Counted from the stretch's first letter, positions 1 to 10,894 are shown. The stretch is 64,000 nt of DNA from Promethearchaeia archaeon (GCA_029856045.1 JAHQWG010000035.1:73213-137212), one strand, 5' to 3'. The notes: generated from the letters alone by a model not told the origin. Made by a program: numbers and translations.

Positions 1-955
1 TCTACGGTTATAGAATTTGAATTATTAGTATAACAATGCTCAGAAATTATATCTATATTGATATTTATTTCTACGGGATTTTCAATTATTTTTTCTATTC
101 CCGAATATACACATAAATTTCCATTTATTTTTGGAAGATAATCAGGATTGAGGTCAAGATAAATATCTTTTTCATATAAATTTTCACCGTTTCTATCCAG
201 AATAATCGTTCCCAGCATATCGCTCTCAAATTTTACCGTTACTGGCGGTCCCAAACTGTCAAGAATCGGATTAGAAAGGTTTGCTTCTATATGGAATGTA
301 TGCCCGAGAGTAGCATTATTATCTATTTGATAAAATAATTCGTTAAAATAATATGTCTGAAGCGTCAATTCCTTCTTACCAATTTCAGGATTATATATCT
401 TGGGATCTAAGAATGGATGGATCACGTAAAAATCAAAAGTATATTGCCCTAGCTCTATAAGACCATAAGTCAGATTAAAATGATTTTTCTGTCCGACCCG
501 AGATGAGCCCAATGAAACATTTTCTATAAAAGAATCGTTGAGAAATACGCTTGCATACATTTCTATTCCCGATATTAGAGTATATCCCGAGGATGTATTA
601 ACGGTATAATTAAATTCTACGGTTATAGAATTTGAATTATTAGTATAGCAATTTTCCGAAATTATGTCTATATTGGTATTTATTTCTACGGGGGTTTCAA
701 TTATTTTTTCTATTCCCGAATACACACATATTTTACCGTCTATTTTCGGGAGGTAGTCGGGATTAAGATCAAGATAAATGTTTTTTTCATATAAATTCTC
801 ACCGTTTTTATCCAAAACAATCGTTCCCAACTTATCGCTCTCAAATTTTACCGTTACCGTCGGTCCAAAACTGTCAAGAATTAGATTACATAAACTCGAC
901 TCAATTCTAAATGTATATCCGAGGGTGGCATTATCATCTATTTGATAATATAACC
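1..955. repeat. Intragenic direct repeat, period 615 bp (1-~340 vs 616-~955)
   Basis: TCTACGGTTATAGAATTTGAATTATTAGTATA occurs at 1 and 616, with similarity continuing for ~340 bp; 615 bp = 205 codons. Confidence 0.9.
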
Positions 956-3149
956 TAATGTCATCATTTACTGCAATATCACATATCCAAAAGACCATAT
1001 CCGTGTCGATGGTTTCCGAAGTATTTAAGGCAAAATATTCTTTTTCATCCCCAATATATAAACTATGAATTAGAGTCCTAACTTTCTCAATATCAAGGTC
1101 AATGGTAATATTCAAGACTTTTGAAATTTTAAACGTATAATAAACATCCCTAAAATTGGAATAATCCAACTGTGAAAAAATGTAATTTATAATTTTTTGG
1201 GTATCTAAATTATATCTCCCTACAGATGTTAAGACATAGACCATATAATAAATATCTTTCAAAATATCGCTGAAATCATCGGAATAGTTGGGGTCATAAT
1301 AAAGATATTGCGAAGATTCCATAACACCTGCGGAGATAAAGGTGCACAGTGCGTCAATGTCTATCCCGTTATTAGTTATATCCCCGTCATCCAAGAATAT
1401 ATCGAGTATTTCTATGCATCTTATGGTAAAATAGGAGTAATGTAAATAAATATGGTCCTCATAATTCTCAGGCGGATATAAAGTATATATATAATCCGGA
1501 ATAAATCCGCCGTATTTGGTATATCCGGGTTCTAAAAATTGACATGTTATTATATGCTCAAGTAACTCAGTCAGGTTGTTAGCTGAAGAAAAATCATCCA
1601 GTTTATATATAGTGTCTAAAGCGGATAAAGCATAGAAGATATGCTCTACCGAATGAAGGAATCCTATCTCTTGTGAATAAGTGTGTTTTTTTGTTCCTTT
1701 ATATTCCAACGGGGCTGTTCTATAATTAACGGAAGTTAAATTTGATGTGGCAGGTCCGTAGAATGTACCTTCACCAAGATTACCGAAAGTATAATTTTTA
1801 TGAGCCGATTCTATGAGTTCATATAACTCCTGCAGATTTAAATCGGGGATTCTATAATTTAAATCGAAAGAGCTAACGGTATTCCAGACTACCTTTAGAG
1901 AAGTATGGTCTCTTGATAGAGATGAGAACCCTTCTATTTGCTGGAATCTTAGGATAAATTGGTAAATTTCTTCTCTTGCTAAATCATCAAGATAAAAAAG
2001 TTTTTCATTCCTTTTGAAATACCTTATAACCTCATAAGTATCAATTAACTCATAGGTCCCCAAAAATTGAGTATTCTCCCAACCTCCGCCATTCATTCTA
2101 ATGTTTAACAAAAAATCTGTTGATAATGAATTATTATAGTTATAGCCGATAAGGTCTGCAACCTCCATCGTTAAAGCGGTCGAAAAAATATTATAAGTTT
2201 TTGTAATTTTGTTAAAATAATTATAATAAAAACAACCCGAATCTATATCGTACAATCCATCGATATACTGTAAGAGATTTTCAATGTTTATCACGTCCAG
2301 CATTTCAAAAGAATCAAGTATAGTAATAGCAAAAAATGTGGATCTCAAGTTAGGATCATATCTTAAAACTGTATCTACTAAATCTTCCAAATCATTATTA
2401 AACCCACCGTGGGTGTACGAATTATAGGGACTCTGGACTTGAAGTGAATTCAGGAAGGCAATAATTTGGTTTCTCTGAACAAGGTAATAATCCCAATTTA
2501 TGTTAAGGACATTCAATAATTCGACGGCAAAAAATGTATTTTCTGCCGTTGGAATATTTTGCGGGGAACTATCGGGAGAAGGACAACCAAAAAATCCACC
2601 AGTATCCGGATCGTGGCAGCTCCATATATAATCCGTAATATCTTCCTGGTTTAATGCACTTAGCTCATCCAATATAATCAAAGAAAAAATGGCATAACAA
2701 TATGTCAAGAGGGGAGAGTTTTGATAATAAGCTTCCGAGTCTATAAGATCATAAAACCTAAGGGAATAATCATCTTGAAATTCATTGTTCACAGAATCAT
2801 AATGAGACATTATATATTGTAAGACTTTTCCCTCATCGATTTGATGTAATTTGCTGATTGCATCCAGAACATACAGAGCAAAATAAGTATCCCTGATTGA
2901 TGGAGAATAATATTCCTGGAAGCATCCATATTGATTATAATCAGATAGTCTGTCATCTAAAAGATCATCGACATTTGATTGGTTTAGACCATATTCTGAT
3001 GAGTCTATACGTTTTATATTTGCCTGGGAAAAATCAATCGAGACCATTTTCTTAGATGATAATAAAGAAATAAATCCAGACATTCCTACAATGAATATTA
3101 TTAGATTTCCAATCAATATTTTTTGTTTAATTTTAATCAATTTAATCAA
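1..3149 (-). CDS. Large secreted/surface protein with prenyltransferase/squalene-cyclase-type repeats and C-terminal ~205-aa tandem repeats (3' end runs off window)
   Basis: Not in ORF track because it has no stop in the window. Manual translation from TTG at 3149 or 3140 gives a hydrophobic N-terminus (ILIGNLIIFIVGMSGFISLL) and repeats such as PSIRDTYFALYVL, DTGGFFG..PTAENTFFAVELL, GGFN..PNLRSTFFAITIL. Frame spot-checked at both ends. Confidence 0.75.
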   Translation of the reverse strand, partial: MIKLIKIKQKILIGNLIIFIVGMSGFISLLSSKKMVSIDFSQANIKRIDSSEYGLNQSNVDDLLDDRLSDYNQYGCFQEYYSPSIRDTYFALYVLDAISKLHQIDEGKVLQYIMSHYDSVNNEFQDDYSLRFYDLIDSEAYYQNSPLLTYCYAIFSLIILDELSALNQEDITDYIWSCHDPDTGGFFGCPSPDSSPQNIPTAENTFFAVELLNVLNINWDYYLVQRNQIIAFLNSLQVQSPYNSYTHGGFNNDLEDLVDTVLRYDPNLRSTFFAITILDSFEMLDVINIENLLQYIDGLYDIDSGCFYYNYFNKITKTYNIFSTALTMEVADLIGYNYNNSLSTDFLLNIRMNGGGWENTQFLGTYELIDTYEVIRYFKRNEKLFYLDDLAREEIYQFILRFQQIEGFSSLSRDHTSLKVVWNTVSSFDLNYRIPDLNLQELYELIESAHKNYTFGNLGEGTFYGPATSNLTSVNYRTAPLEYKGTKKHTYSQEIGFLHSVEHIFYALSALDTIYKLDDFSSANNLTELLEHIITCQFLEPGYTKYGGFIPDYIYTLYPPENYEDHIYLHYSYFTIRCIEILDIFLDDGDITNNGIDIDALCTFISAGVMESSQYLYYDPNYSDDFSDILKDIYYMVYVLTSVGRYNLDTQKIINYIFSQLDYSNFRDVYYTFKISKVLNITIDLDIEKVRTLIHSLYIGDEKEYFALNTSETIDTDMVFWICDIAVNDDIRLYYQIDDNATLGYTFRIESSLCNLILDSFGPTVTVKFESDKLGTIVLDKNGENLYEKNIYLDLNPDYLPKIDGKICVYSGIEKIIETPVEINTNIDIISENCYTNNSNSITVEFNYTVNTSSGYTLISGIEMYASVFLNDSFIENVSLGSSRVGQKNHFNLTYGLIELGQYTFDFYVIHPFLDPKIYNPEIGKKELTLQTYYFNELFYQIDNNATLGHTFHIEANLSNPILDSLGPPVTVKFESDMLGTIILDRNGENLYEKDIYLDLNPDYLPKINGNLCVYSGIEKIIENPVEININIDIISEHCYTNNSNSITV

Positions 3150-3291
3150 AAGAAGACTAAAAATATACATATATAAAAAAAAAAAGGTAATTTTCAAATT
3201 AGAAAGAAATTCATGAAAATTTTTATATATAAATTTAATTAATTAAATAATATAAAAACAAACTTGAAAAAAATTTAAGGGAGTTGTTTTT

Positions 3292-3720
3292 TTGCCAAGA
3301 ATGGATAAAAAAATTATAATTAAAGCGTCTTTAAATAAAATTTATGATATTATGAAGGACTATTCAACTTTACCTAGATGGAATATTGTTATAAATGAAG
3401 CTACTGAACTTGAACCCGGTAAATACTTCTTTAAAACAAATGTTGGAGATGTTATAAATACTGAAATAGAAAATATTCCAAATGAGAGAATGACATCGAC
3501 ACAAGAGGGAAGTCCGATGACTTCAATAGGATACATTTTTAAACCTGTAGATGAAGGAACCGAAGTGACACTTTGGGCAGAATTTGAATTAGAGGATCAA
3601 AGAAATGTTATGGACATAGCAGGAGATTTATTTTTAAAGAGTTTGAAAGTATATGTTGATTATATTGAAGCTGGTGGAAATCCAGAAGAATATAAGAAGA
3701 AATTTTCAGCAATAAAGTAA
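3292..3720 (+). CDS. SRPBCC/START (polyketide cyclase-like) family protein
   Basis: IIIKASLNKIYDIMKDYSTLPRW N-terminal motif, GTEVT strand, C-terminal helix LKSLKVYVD. Confidence 0.8.
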   Translation: MPRMDKKIIIKASLNKIYDIMKDYSTLPRWNIVINEATELEPGKYFFKTNVGDVINTEIENIPNERMTSTQEGSPMTSIGYIFKPVDEGTEVTLWAEFELEDQRNVMDIAGDLFLKSLKVYVDYIEAGGNPEEYKKKFSAIK

Positions 3721-3891
3721 ATTTAAAAATTCCTAAAATTCTTCCTAAATCGTTAATATCTCATGCTTCTTGGAGATATGGAGTGATTTTAATTATGATA
3801 ATACCATTTTCCTTTCTTTTTATTATTATAAGTCTTAATAAAAGAAATATCTGGAAAAAATAATATAATAAAAAAAAAAAATTAATTATTA

Positions 3892-4404
3892 TTAATCTCT
3901 GCCTGCAAAACCCCCAATAAGACCTAAAAAGCCTCCTGCAATTAATACGTATGTCCCAATATCCACTGTGTCAAGTTCTAATATTTTAAGCGGAATTATT
4001 CCATCTATTAATGGCTCGGCATCCCAAAATAAAAATGTATATATACTCAATTCCGTAGGAAGAACCCCAAAACCATATAATAAAATATATATACCTATTA
4101 AAATTGGCAATATTGAGCCTATAATCACTAATACGCGACTTTTTACCCCAATTAACTGAAAGATCCCTGAAATCAAGAAAAAAATAATAACGACTACAAT
4201 AATATAAATTGCAAAAGTTGGTAAACTAAATAAAGTCGCATATGAATCAGGATTGGTTAACATCTCTGGGATTTGTTTCATTGAGCCTATTCCACCAAGA
4301 TAAATGGTTACAAAAAAGAATTCAAATGCAAAAAAAGATAAAAAGTATGTTGCTACTATCGTTAAAAGTCCAGCTAATACACTAAAAATTTTTCCAGCAC
4401 CCAT
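3892..4404 (-). CDS. Four-TM membrane protein
   Basis: Four hydrophobic segments; AGAGG SD-like sequence upstream. Confidence 0.7.
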   Translation of the reverse strand: MGAGKIFSVLAGLLTIVATYFLSFFAFEFFFVTIYLGGIGSMKQIPEMLTNPDSYATLFSLPTFAIYIIVVVIIFFLISGIFQLIGVKSRVLVIIGSILPILIGIYILLYGFGVLPTELSIYTFLFWDAEPLIDGIIPLKILELDTVDIGTYVLIAGGFLGLIGGFAGRD

Positions 4405-4568
4405 TTTTTAATAAACCTCTTAAAAAAGATTTCGATTATAAATAATTTAATCACAGAATTATTTATAATTTATGTTATTTCTTTTACGAAATTGTCTTGT
4501 TTTTTATTCAAAAAAAAATAAATTATATATTTAAAGCGATTTTTAAGTGAATAAATATTTTCTTTATT

Positions 4569-5756
4569 GTGATACCACCTTGGCTAAGCTTTCTTCTGAT
4601 AATTGCATTAATTATTATTTTTTCTAAAAAAGAATTGAGCATCATTTTGTTTTTTGGGGCTCTAATATTTGGAATTTTAACTCAAGTAGATGTAATAATT
4701 TCGATTATTTCAGTCTTTACGGATCCTTCAATCATCCTATTAGCACTTTCAGTAACATTAATCCCCATTCTCGGTGGTATAATGGAAGAGTCAGGCCTAA
4801 TGCTTGAATTGGTTCAAAAAATGAAGGTTTCTAAAAGAGTTGCATTAATGACAGCTCCCGGGCTTTTTGGGCTTTTACCAGTACCGGGAGGGGCACTTCT
4901 CTCCGCTCCAATCATAGATCAAATAGATCCAAACCTTAATCCTAATCGTAAGGTTGGAATCAATGTATGGTATCGTCATGTATTAATTTTAATTTATCCT
5001 CTTTCCTCCACTCTGATTGTAGCCAGCGCCTTATCCGGTATTTTATTATATATCATTATTGCAGCGATGATTATTCCATTTATCATTATGATAATTATTG
5101 GATACTACACATTACTTCGAACAATTGAAAAAACGGAAGACATAAATACTCGGGATCTTAAAAGAGTGTTCTTTAATATTATCCCCATTGTGATAGCACC
5201 AATTATTGATTTTATTGGTAGAATTGTTCTAAATCTTACTATTCCAGAGATTTTTTTATTTATTGGATTAGTCTTGAGCATTTGGGTTGCTTTAAAATTT
5301 GCAAAAATGCCGGCATCAAATATAAGAAATATCGCTAAAAAAATGCAAATTTGGAGATTTCCACTTTTGATTATTGCAATGTTCTTATTTTTAGATATAT
5401 TCATAAATTCAGGGGTGCCTGAAGATATTGGAGCATTAGATCTACCGTTTATATTATTAATTTGCATCGGATTTTTACTTGGATTTGCTTTAGGGCGCGT
5501 TATATTACCAATTTCGATTTTAATTCCGATTTATTTAATCCAAAACATCTTAATAATTATGCCTCTACTTGATTTTGTATTTCTATATTTTGCTACATTT
5601 CTGGGCTATTTAATGACCCCACTTCACCCATGTCTTGCATACAGTATCCAATACTTCAAAACTGTCTATAAAAAAGCTTTCAAAGATATAGCAATTCCCA
5701 CATTTATCTGCTTTGGTTTATTACTAATCGTTTATTTGATTATCAGTTTATTTTAA
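4569..5756 (+). CDS. DUF401-family multi-pass membrane transporter-like protein
   Basis: GLLPVPGGALLSAP, NVWYRH and GYLMTPLHPCL motifs; about 11 TM segments. Confidence 0.8.
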   Translation: MIPPWLSFLLIIALIIIFSKKELSIILFFGALIFGILTQVDVIISIISVFTDPSIILLALSVTLIPILGGIMEESGLMLELVQKMKVSKRVALMTAPGLFGLLPVPGGALLSAPIIDQIDPNLNPNRKVGINVWYRHVLILIYPLSSTLIVASALSGILLYIIIAAMIIPFIIMIIIGYYTLLRTIEKTEDINTRDLKRVFFNIIPIVIAPIIDFIGRIVLNLTIPEIFLFIGLVLSIWVALKFAKMPASNIRNIAKKMQIWRFPLLIIAMFLFLDIFINSGVPEDIGALDLPFILLICIGFLLGFALGRVILPISILIPIYLIQNILIIMPLLDFVFLYFATFLGYLMTPLHPCLAYSIQYFKTVYKKAFKDIAIPTFICFGLLLIVYLIISLF

Positions 5757-5835
5757 ACCTTTCACACGTTTTTAGAGCGTGGAGGAACTTTAAAAAAATT
5801 TATTAAAAGGAGAGAAAAAAGGAAGTAATTAAAAC

Positions 5836-7092
5836 TTATATAGGAGGGCCTTTTTCCGGATGCCTTTTATTTAATTTTAAAATTTGAAAATCGCTCCTAT
5901 TTATTATATTTGTATAGTTCTCTAAAAGATTAAGTGGATAAGTATTTATGGTAAATTTGAGTGGATCTGAATGCAAATTATGAGGAACTATATCTCGAAA
6001 ATCTTCCAGACTTACATTAAAATGATGTTCCTTTTCATTTTTTAGGTCAATAATTACAATTTCACTTTCATCTGATTCTTCAATTTCTTTCCCAACTGAG
6101 ATATCTTGAACAATATCAGACTTAATTATTAGCGCATCAAACACAACACCTTCAATTACTTCTTTTATCAATTTTGATGAGTTTACTAAACTTTTGAATC
6201 CTGAAATTCTCTTTTTACCGAAAATATGATTTTTAACCTGATAATTAATTGTGCTCATTTTAATTCCAATCTTATCACAAATGCTTGAGATCGAAACGGA
6301 ATTAATATTTTTAGCAGTTATTGTTAAGGTGGTCACCACACCTGCGATTACATCATCTTTTGTATTCTTGATAAATGGCCAAAATTTCAGCAGTATAATA
6401 TTTGCAATTTTAATGAAATCATTGTTAAAATTAAAGGATAAACAAATTTCATTTATTTTTTTAAGGATCAATTGTTTTCTATCTCTCCTAGCGTAAGCTG
6501 GATAATAGCGAGATGCTTCCATTAAAATCTCTTTAAAATCGCTTTTACTTACGTTTAAAATGTTTATAAAATGTGGAATTTCGAAATTAATTGCTTTTAC
6601 TTTTGAAACCATAAAGAGAATAACGGGTACTAACTTCTCTGGTGCCCTTCCTTTAGTTCCTTTTTTTAAATTTTTCCAAACATTCTTAAAAACGAAGATA
6701 CAATCAGATTTTAACGAGATAGGAAGATGTAGAGCAGTTATAATACGATTAAATTCGGAATCAGCTATTTGAAGTACAAAATTTCTATATCCATTAGAAA
6801 TCCTTTGCATCTTTGACATTCGCTCTAACTCATATGAGCGTGAATTTGCTCTCCTTTCTAAATTAGTCCCTAATTTTGTTGTTTTCTTAAGTTCATTAGA
6901 ATAAACTTGAATTGAATCTTGATTATAGGGAGAGTTATATCGAAAGATCGGTAAATCTAATGTTAATCCACAATTTCTACAAACATAAACACCACCAGAC
7001 TCGATAATGTCTTCTGATCTACAGCCGTCACAGAAAAATCCAATCGTTTTTTCCGGTAAATCAAATATTTGAAGGTTTTTATTAAACATCAT
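5836..7092 (-). CDS. Divergent TFB/TFIIB-like factor (Zn ribbon + two cyclin folds + C-terminal tail)
   Basis: CDGC..GVYVCRNCGL zinc ribbon; EFNRIITALHLP first cyclin repeat; second repeat ending in HTH SISSICDKIGIKMSTINYQVKN. Confidence 0.75.
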   Translation of the reverse strand: MMFNKNLQIFDLPEKTIGFFCDGCRSEDIIESGGVYVCRNCGLTLDLPIFRYNSPYNQDSIQVYSNELKKTTKLGTNLERRANSRSYELERMSKMQRISNGYRNFVLQIADSEFNRIITALHLPISLKSDCIFVFKNVWKNLKKGTKGRAPEKLVPVILFMVSKVKAINFEIPHFINILNVSKSDFKEILMEASRYYPAYARRDRKQLILKKINEICLSFNFNNDFIKIANIILLKFWPFIKNTKDDVIAGVVTTLTITAKNINSVSISSICDKIGIKMSTINYQVKNHIFGKKRISGFKSLVNSSKLIKEVIEGVVFDALIIKSDIVQDISVGKEIEESDESEIVIIDLKNEKEHHFNVSLEDFRDIVPHNLHSDPLKFTINTYPLNLLENYTNIINRSDFQILKLNKRHPEKGPPI

Positions 7093-7475
7093 TTTTTATA
7101 GATCCGAAATTTAATTATCACTTGAATATGATAGGGTAGGAGTTTTAATTTTAAAGATTACGATTACCCTCTAGAAATGGCTTCTATCATATTTTAAATG
7201 GAATAAAATTGAATAAAATTGAATTCTTAAGGAATAATCTAAGATCTAGTATTCTTCATCAAAAATCTAAGACCCTTTAAATTATTTAAAAAACGTCTCT
7301 GATAAAAATATAAAAAGGTACTGCAATTATATTTAAAAATTAATAAGTTTATGGTGTCAAAGGTTCTTAAATTATTAAAAAATTATTTATGTATAAAAAA
7401 CTAAAAATTAATTTTTATCTAAAAATATTAGCCTAAATCTATTAGGGTGCGTTATTTGATATGTTTCATAAAAAT

Positions 7476-8219
7476 TTACTCTAAATTTAATAATTTATTT
7501 AATTTTGGGATAATTTCATCAGAAAAATCATAATATTGAAGAAAAAGATCCAAAAATTCATCGTAATCATTTTCATTTAAATTAAAATTTTGAAATATCA
7601 GGTTGCGCGAAATATCAGAAAGAGGAGTATTACTTATCCAATTTAAAAACTTACTAAAAAAATCGCCATTACCAGTTAAAATATAACCTAAATTAATCCA
7701 AACTTTATCAGGAACAAGTCCCTCATTATTAAATAATGTTTTTTCGATAATCCTCAAACTTTCTTTATTATTTTTTATTTTCTGTAATGCTTTAAAATTG
7801 GTCCCATTACTTATTTTAAAGCTTTCAATGAATAGCTTTTGAGCTTCTATTTTATTCCCTGCAATTTCTTCAATCAATCCCAAGTAATAATAATTTACAT
7901 CAAAAAATTGATTGATTTTTATAGAAGCAATGAACATTTTTTTTGCAGTTTTATATTTCTTTTGCTTGAATTTTATTTTTCCTAAAAGATATCTTGATTC
8001 GAAATCTTCAGGATCGTTCAGTATTGCTTTATTGAGAAAATCTTCACTTTCTACAAATTTTCTTAACTTATAAAGAACCTTTGCCATAAAACCATAAGCA
8101 GTACTATAATTAATATTAATTTCAAATATGTTTTTCAGAAGATTGTATGCTTCTTCAATATTATTCTCGCTATATTGAAATTCCGCTTCCAACATTAGGT
8201 TTTCTAATTTAGAATTCAT
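7476..8219 (-). CDS. TPR repeat protein
   Basis: Several TPR-like units (AYGFMAKVLY, YLLGKIKF..A..F, YYYLGLIE..A). Confidence 0.75.
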   Translation of the reverse strand: MNSKLENLMLEAEFQYSENNIEEAYNLLKNIFEININYSTAYGFMAKVLYKLRKFVESEDFLNKAILNDPEDFESRYLLGKIKFKQKKYKTAKKMFIASIKINQFFDVNYYYLGLIEEIAGNKIEAQKLFIESFKISNGTNFKALQKIKNNKESLRIIEKTLFNNEGLVPDKVWINLGYILTGNGDFFSKFLNWISNTPLSDISRNLIFQNFNLNENDYDEFLDLFLQYYDFSDEIIPKLNKLLNLE

Positions 8220-8362
8220 CTATAAATGAACTCAAGAATTTTTTTATCCAATATGGTTAAATAAATCTTTATTATGATTTTATAATAATTTATCTGTATT
8301 TTTTGTTAATACTAATTTTTTTTTTATTGAATTCAAAAAATTTGATGATTTTTCTTTTTATA

Positions 8363-10894
8363 TCATGCTAATGTATTAAACCCCTCAAATTCTTTTATTT
8401 TGCTTTTATTTTTTCTTGATTTTGTTGATATTATTATTGATTTACAGATTGTTAAGTTTAATCCTGTTTTATGTCGCAATATATGAGGATTTTCAGAAAG
8501 AACTTTTGATGCAATATGATATCCAGCATTATACAAAATCCGACCCCTGACTCTTCCCACATTCCTCAACCTTAAAACTAAATCAAATAATTCTTCACGA
8601 ATTCCGTGTGTAATTCGGATTATTAATGTTTCACATAAATTTGCAATTTTATCATCATCTAAATAAGAAGCAATTATTCCAATAAATTTGATAATTCTGA
8701 TAACGTTTTCTTTAATTGAAAATAAATCCCCGGCATAAATTTTGAATTCATCCAATATATTTTGTAAAGGTTCTTCATCTGCCCACCAAATGAGTGGTTT
8801 CATCATCTTCATATTTCTGATTCTTGATTCAGATTTTAATACAATAAAAGCACACTTAATTAAACTTTTATAATCATTAACTTCACCGTTTTCTAACATT
8901 TTTCTAATTTTTACACCGCTTGACGGATACAGATATAATTTAACTATTAATTTGCCAAAATTGGAGCAAATTAATCCATTCCTTTCCTTTAATAAAAGCC
9001 CTTTCTCAATTAAATAATCTAAGATATATTCTCCCTTCACACTTTTAGGGATTATATCATTTACGTATTTTATTATTCTTACATCGGTCTGAGAAACCAA
9101 AAATAAAAGAAAACTACTTATGTGATTACAAAAAATGAAGTTACAAGAATTTTGTCCTAGTAAATCTTCTCCAACTCTATTATTAAAATTACAACTACAT
9201 GTAATTCCGCTATCCATATCAAATCTTACATGAAAGACTCCAAAATCTGTTTTAACTATCCCTTCAATTGAATCCTTTTTTATATTTGTAATTTTTGTTT
9301 GAAAGTTAGACCTTTTAATTTTTTCTAAAACTTCTGGATTTGAATGCAATTTCAATATATTCTCTGTTGTTATTTCTTTAATTCGTAAGAATTGATCTAT
9401 GGGAATTATTTTATCCTTTATGCAATTCCAATAATATGTTTTTTCAAAAAAATTTTTCAATTTATTAAATGAAATGGATTCTTGCTCAAAAACCCTTAAT
9501 AATACTTGTTCTCTTAAAGTTTCAGTTGAATTTATAGCAGATTGAATAGAATTATATATAGGAACCAATCGTTTTCCATCCTCTCCTATTTGAAAATATT
9601 GATCCTCCACCCATATTTTTTCTTCAATGTTTTTAACAAGTATTATTCCAAAACCTTTAAGATCTAAACCTGGTCTACCAGCTCTGCCCAGCATTTGGAA
9701 AATTTGATTTCTTGAAAAAGGTTCAAAATAAGTAAATCCATTGCCAAAATCTTCATAAAATTTAGAAAAATCGGTAATGTTATCAACACTTGTTTGATAT
9801 CTTTTAAAATCCTTAATAATTACCATTCGAGCTGGCGTGTTTATTCCTGCGGAGAGAGTTGTTGTGGAACAAATAACTTTTAAAATTCTCTTATTAAAAT
9901 ATTCTTCAATTATTTGTCGTTCTTTTGAGAGAAGTCCTGCATGATGGAAAACCACACCTCCTTTTATGCAGCTCTTTAATTCAGTAATTCCACCCTTAAT
10001 GTTTTCTAATTGCTGTGATAATTTTTTACAGATTGATAGTTCTTGAGGATCCAACTTTTTCTTTATAAAATTTTTAAGGTATAGAGCAAGCTTCTGCGCT
10101 TCCTTCCTTTTATTCACAAATATTATAATTTGGCCTTTTTTCTTTAAAATTTCATTTACATAATGTTTGATGGTTGAATCTTTATTTTGAGACACTTTGA
10201 TATCATATTTTAATGGTACTGGCCTTTCATTAGAAATTATTAAGATAAATTCTTGCCCAAGTGACGATAACCAGTTGCAAAAAAATTCAGGATTTGCTAC
10301 TGTGGCAGATAAAGCAATAATTTGAGGATTAATCAAAAATTCATTCAATCTAACAATTAATGATTCTAACCGCGGACCTCTGTCTCTCTCTCCAACACAA
10401 TGTATTTCATCTATAATAATTGTCGTAATTTCATTAATCCATTTTTCTTCTTTATAATTTCTTAATATTGAGTCCATCTTCTCATATGTAGTTATAATTA
10501 TATTAGCTTTTTGAAGTTCCTTATCGTCAATGACAATATCCCCGATTGATAATTCTATTTTTATTCCGTATTTACTGTAATTTTTCGAGAAATATTGATA
10601 CTTCTCGGAAGCCAAAGCTTTAAATGGTACTAAGTAAATTGCCTTTCCATCGTTTTTGAAAATATTATTAACAATACACAGTTCACCAATCAATGTTTTT
10701 CCGCTACCGGAGGGTGCAACAATTAAAAAAGATTTATTAAAATAGAGTCCCTTAATAATTGCTTCTTTTTGGATATCTCGTAAATTATAAATGTTATTTT
10801 TTAATAAGATTCTAATTATTCTCTCATCGTCTACATATTGATTAAATTCTGAGATTATTTCCTCCGGTGATTTTTCAAAATTAGTCGTTGTCAT
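8363..10894 (-). CDS. Hel308/Ski2-like SF2 helicase with inserted SWIM zinc finger
   Basis: APSGSGKT, DEIH, LSAT, FHHAGL, TTTLSAGINTPA, QMLGRAGRPG, C-terminal VGRVRGRILYNAG; insert CSC-x20-CNH. Confidence 0.9.
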   Translation of the reverse strand: MTTTNFEKSPEEIISEFNQYVDDERIIRILLKNNIYNLRDIQKEAIIKGLYFNKSFLIVAPSGSGKTLIGELCIVNNIFKNDGKAIYLVPFKALASEKYQYFSKNYSKYGIKIELSIGDIVIDDKELQKANIIITTYEKMDSILRNYKEEKWINEITTIIIDEIHCVGERDRGPRLESLIVRLNEFLINPQIIALSATVANPEFFCNWLSSLGQEFILIISNERPVPLKYDIKVSQNKDSTIKHYVNEILKKKGQIIIFVNKRKEAQKLALYLKNFIKKKLDPQELSICKKLSQQLENIKGGITELKSCIKGGVVFHHAGLLSKERQIIEEYFNKRILKVICSTTTLSAGINTPARMVIIKDFKRYQTSVDNITDFSKFYEDFGNGFTYFEPFSRNQIFQMLGRAGRPGLDLKGFGIILVKNIEEKIWVEDQYFQIGEDGKRLVPIYNSIQSAINSTETLREQVLLRVFEQESISFNKLKNFFEKTYYWNCIKDKIIPIDQFLRIKEITTENILKLHSNPEVLEKIKRSNFQTKITNIKKDSIEGIVKTDFGVFHVRFDMDSGITCSCNFNNRVGEDLLGQNSCNFIFCNHISSFLLFLVSQTDVRIIKYVNDIIPKSVKGEYILDYLIEKGLLLKERNGLICSNFGKLIVKLYLYPSSGVKIRKMLENGEVNDYKSLIKCAFIVLKSESRIRNMKMMKPLIWWADEEPLQNILDEFKIYAGDLFSIKENVIRIIKFIGIIASYLDDDKIANLCETLIIRITHGIREELFDLVLRLRNVGRVRGRILYNAGYHIASKVLSENPHILRHKTGLNLTICKSIIISTKSRKNKSKIKEFEGFNTLA

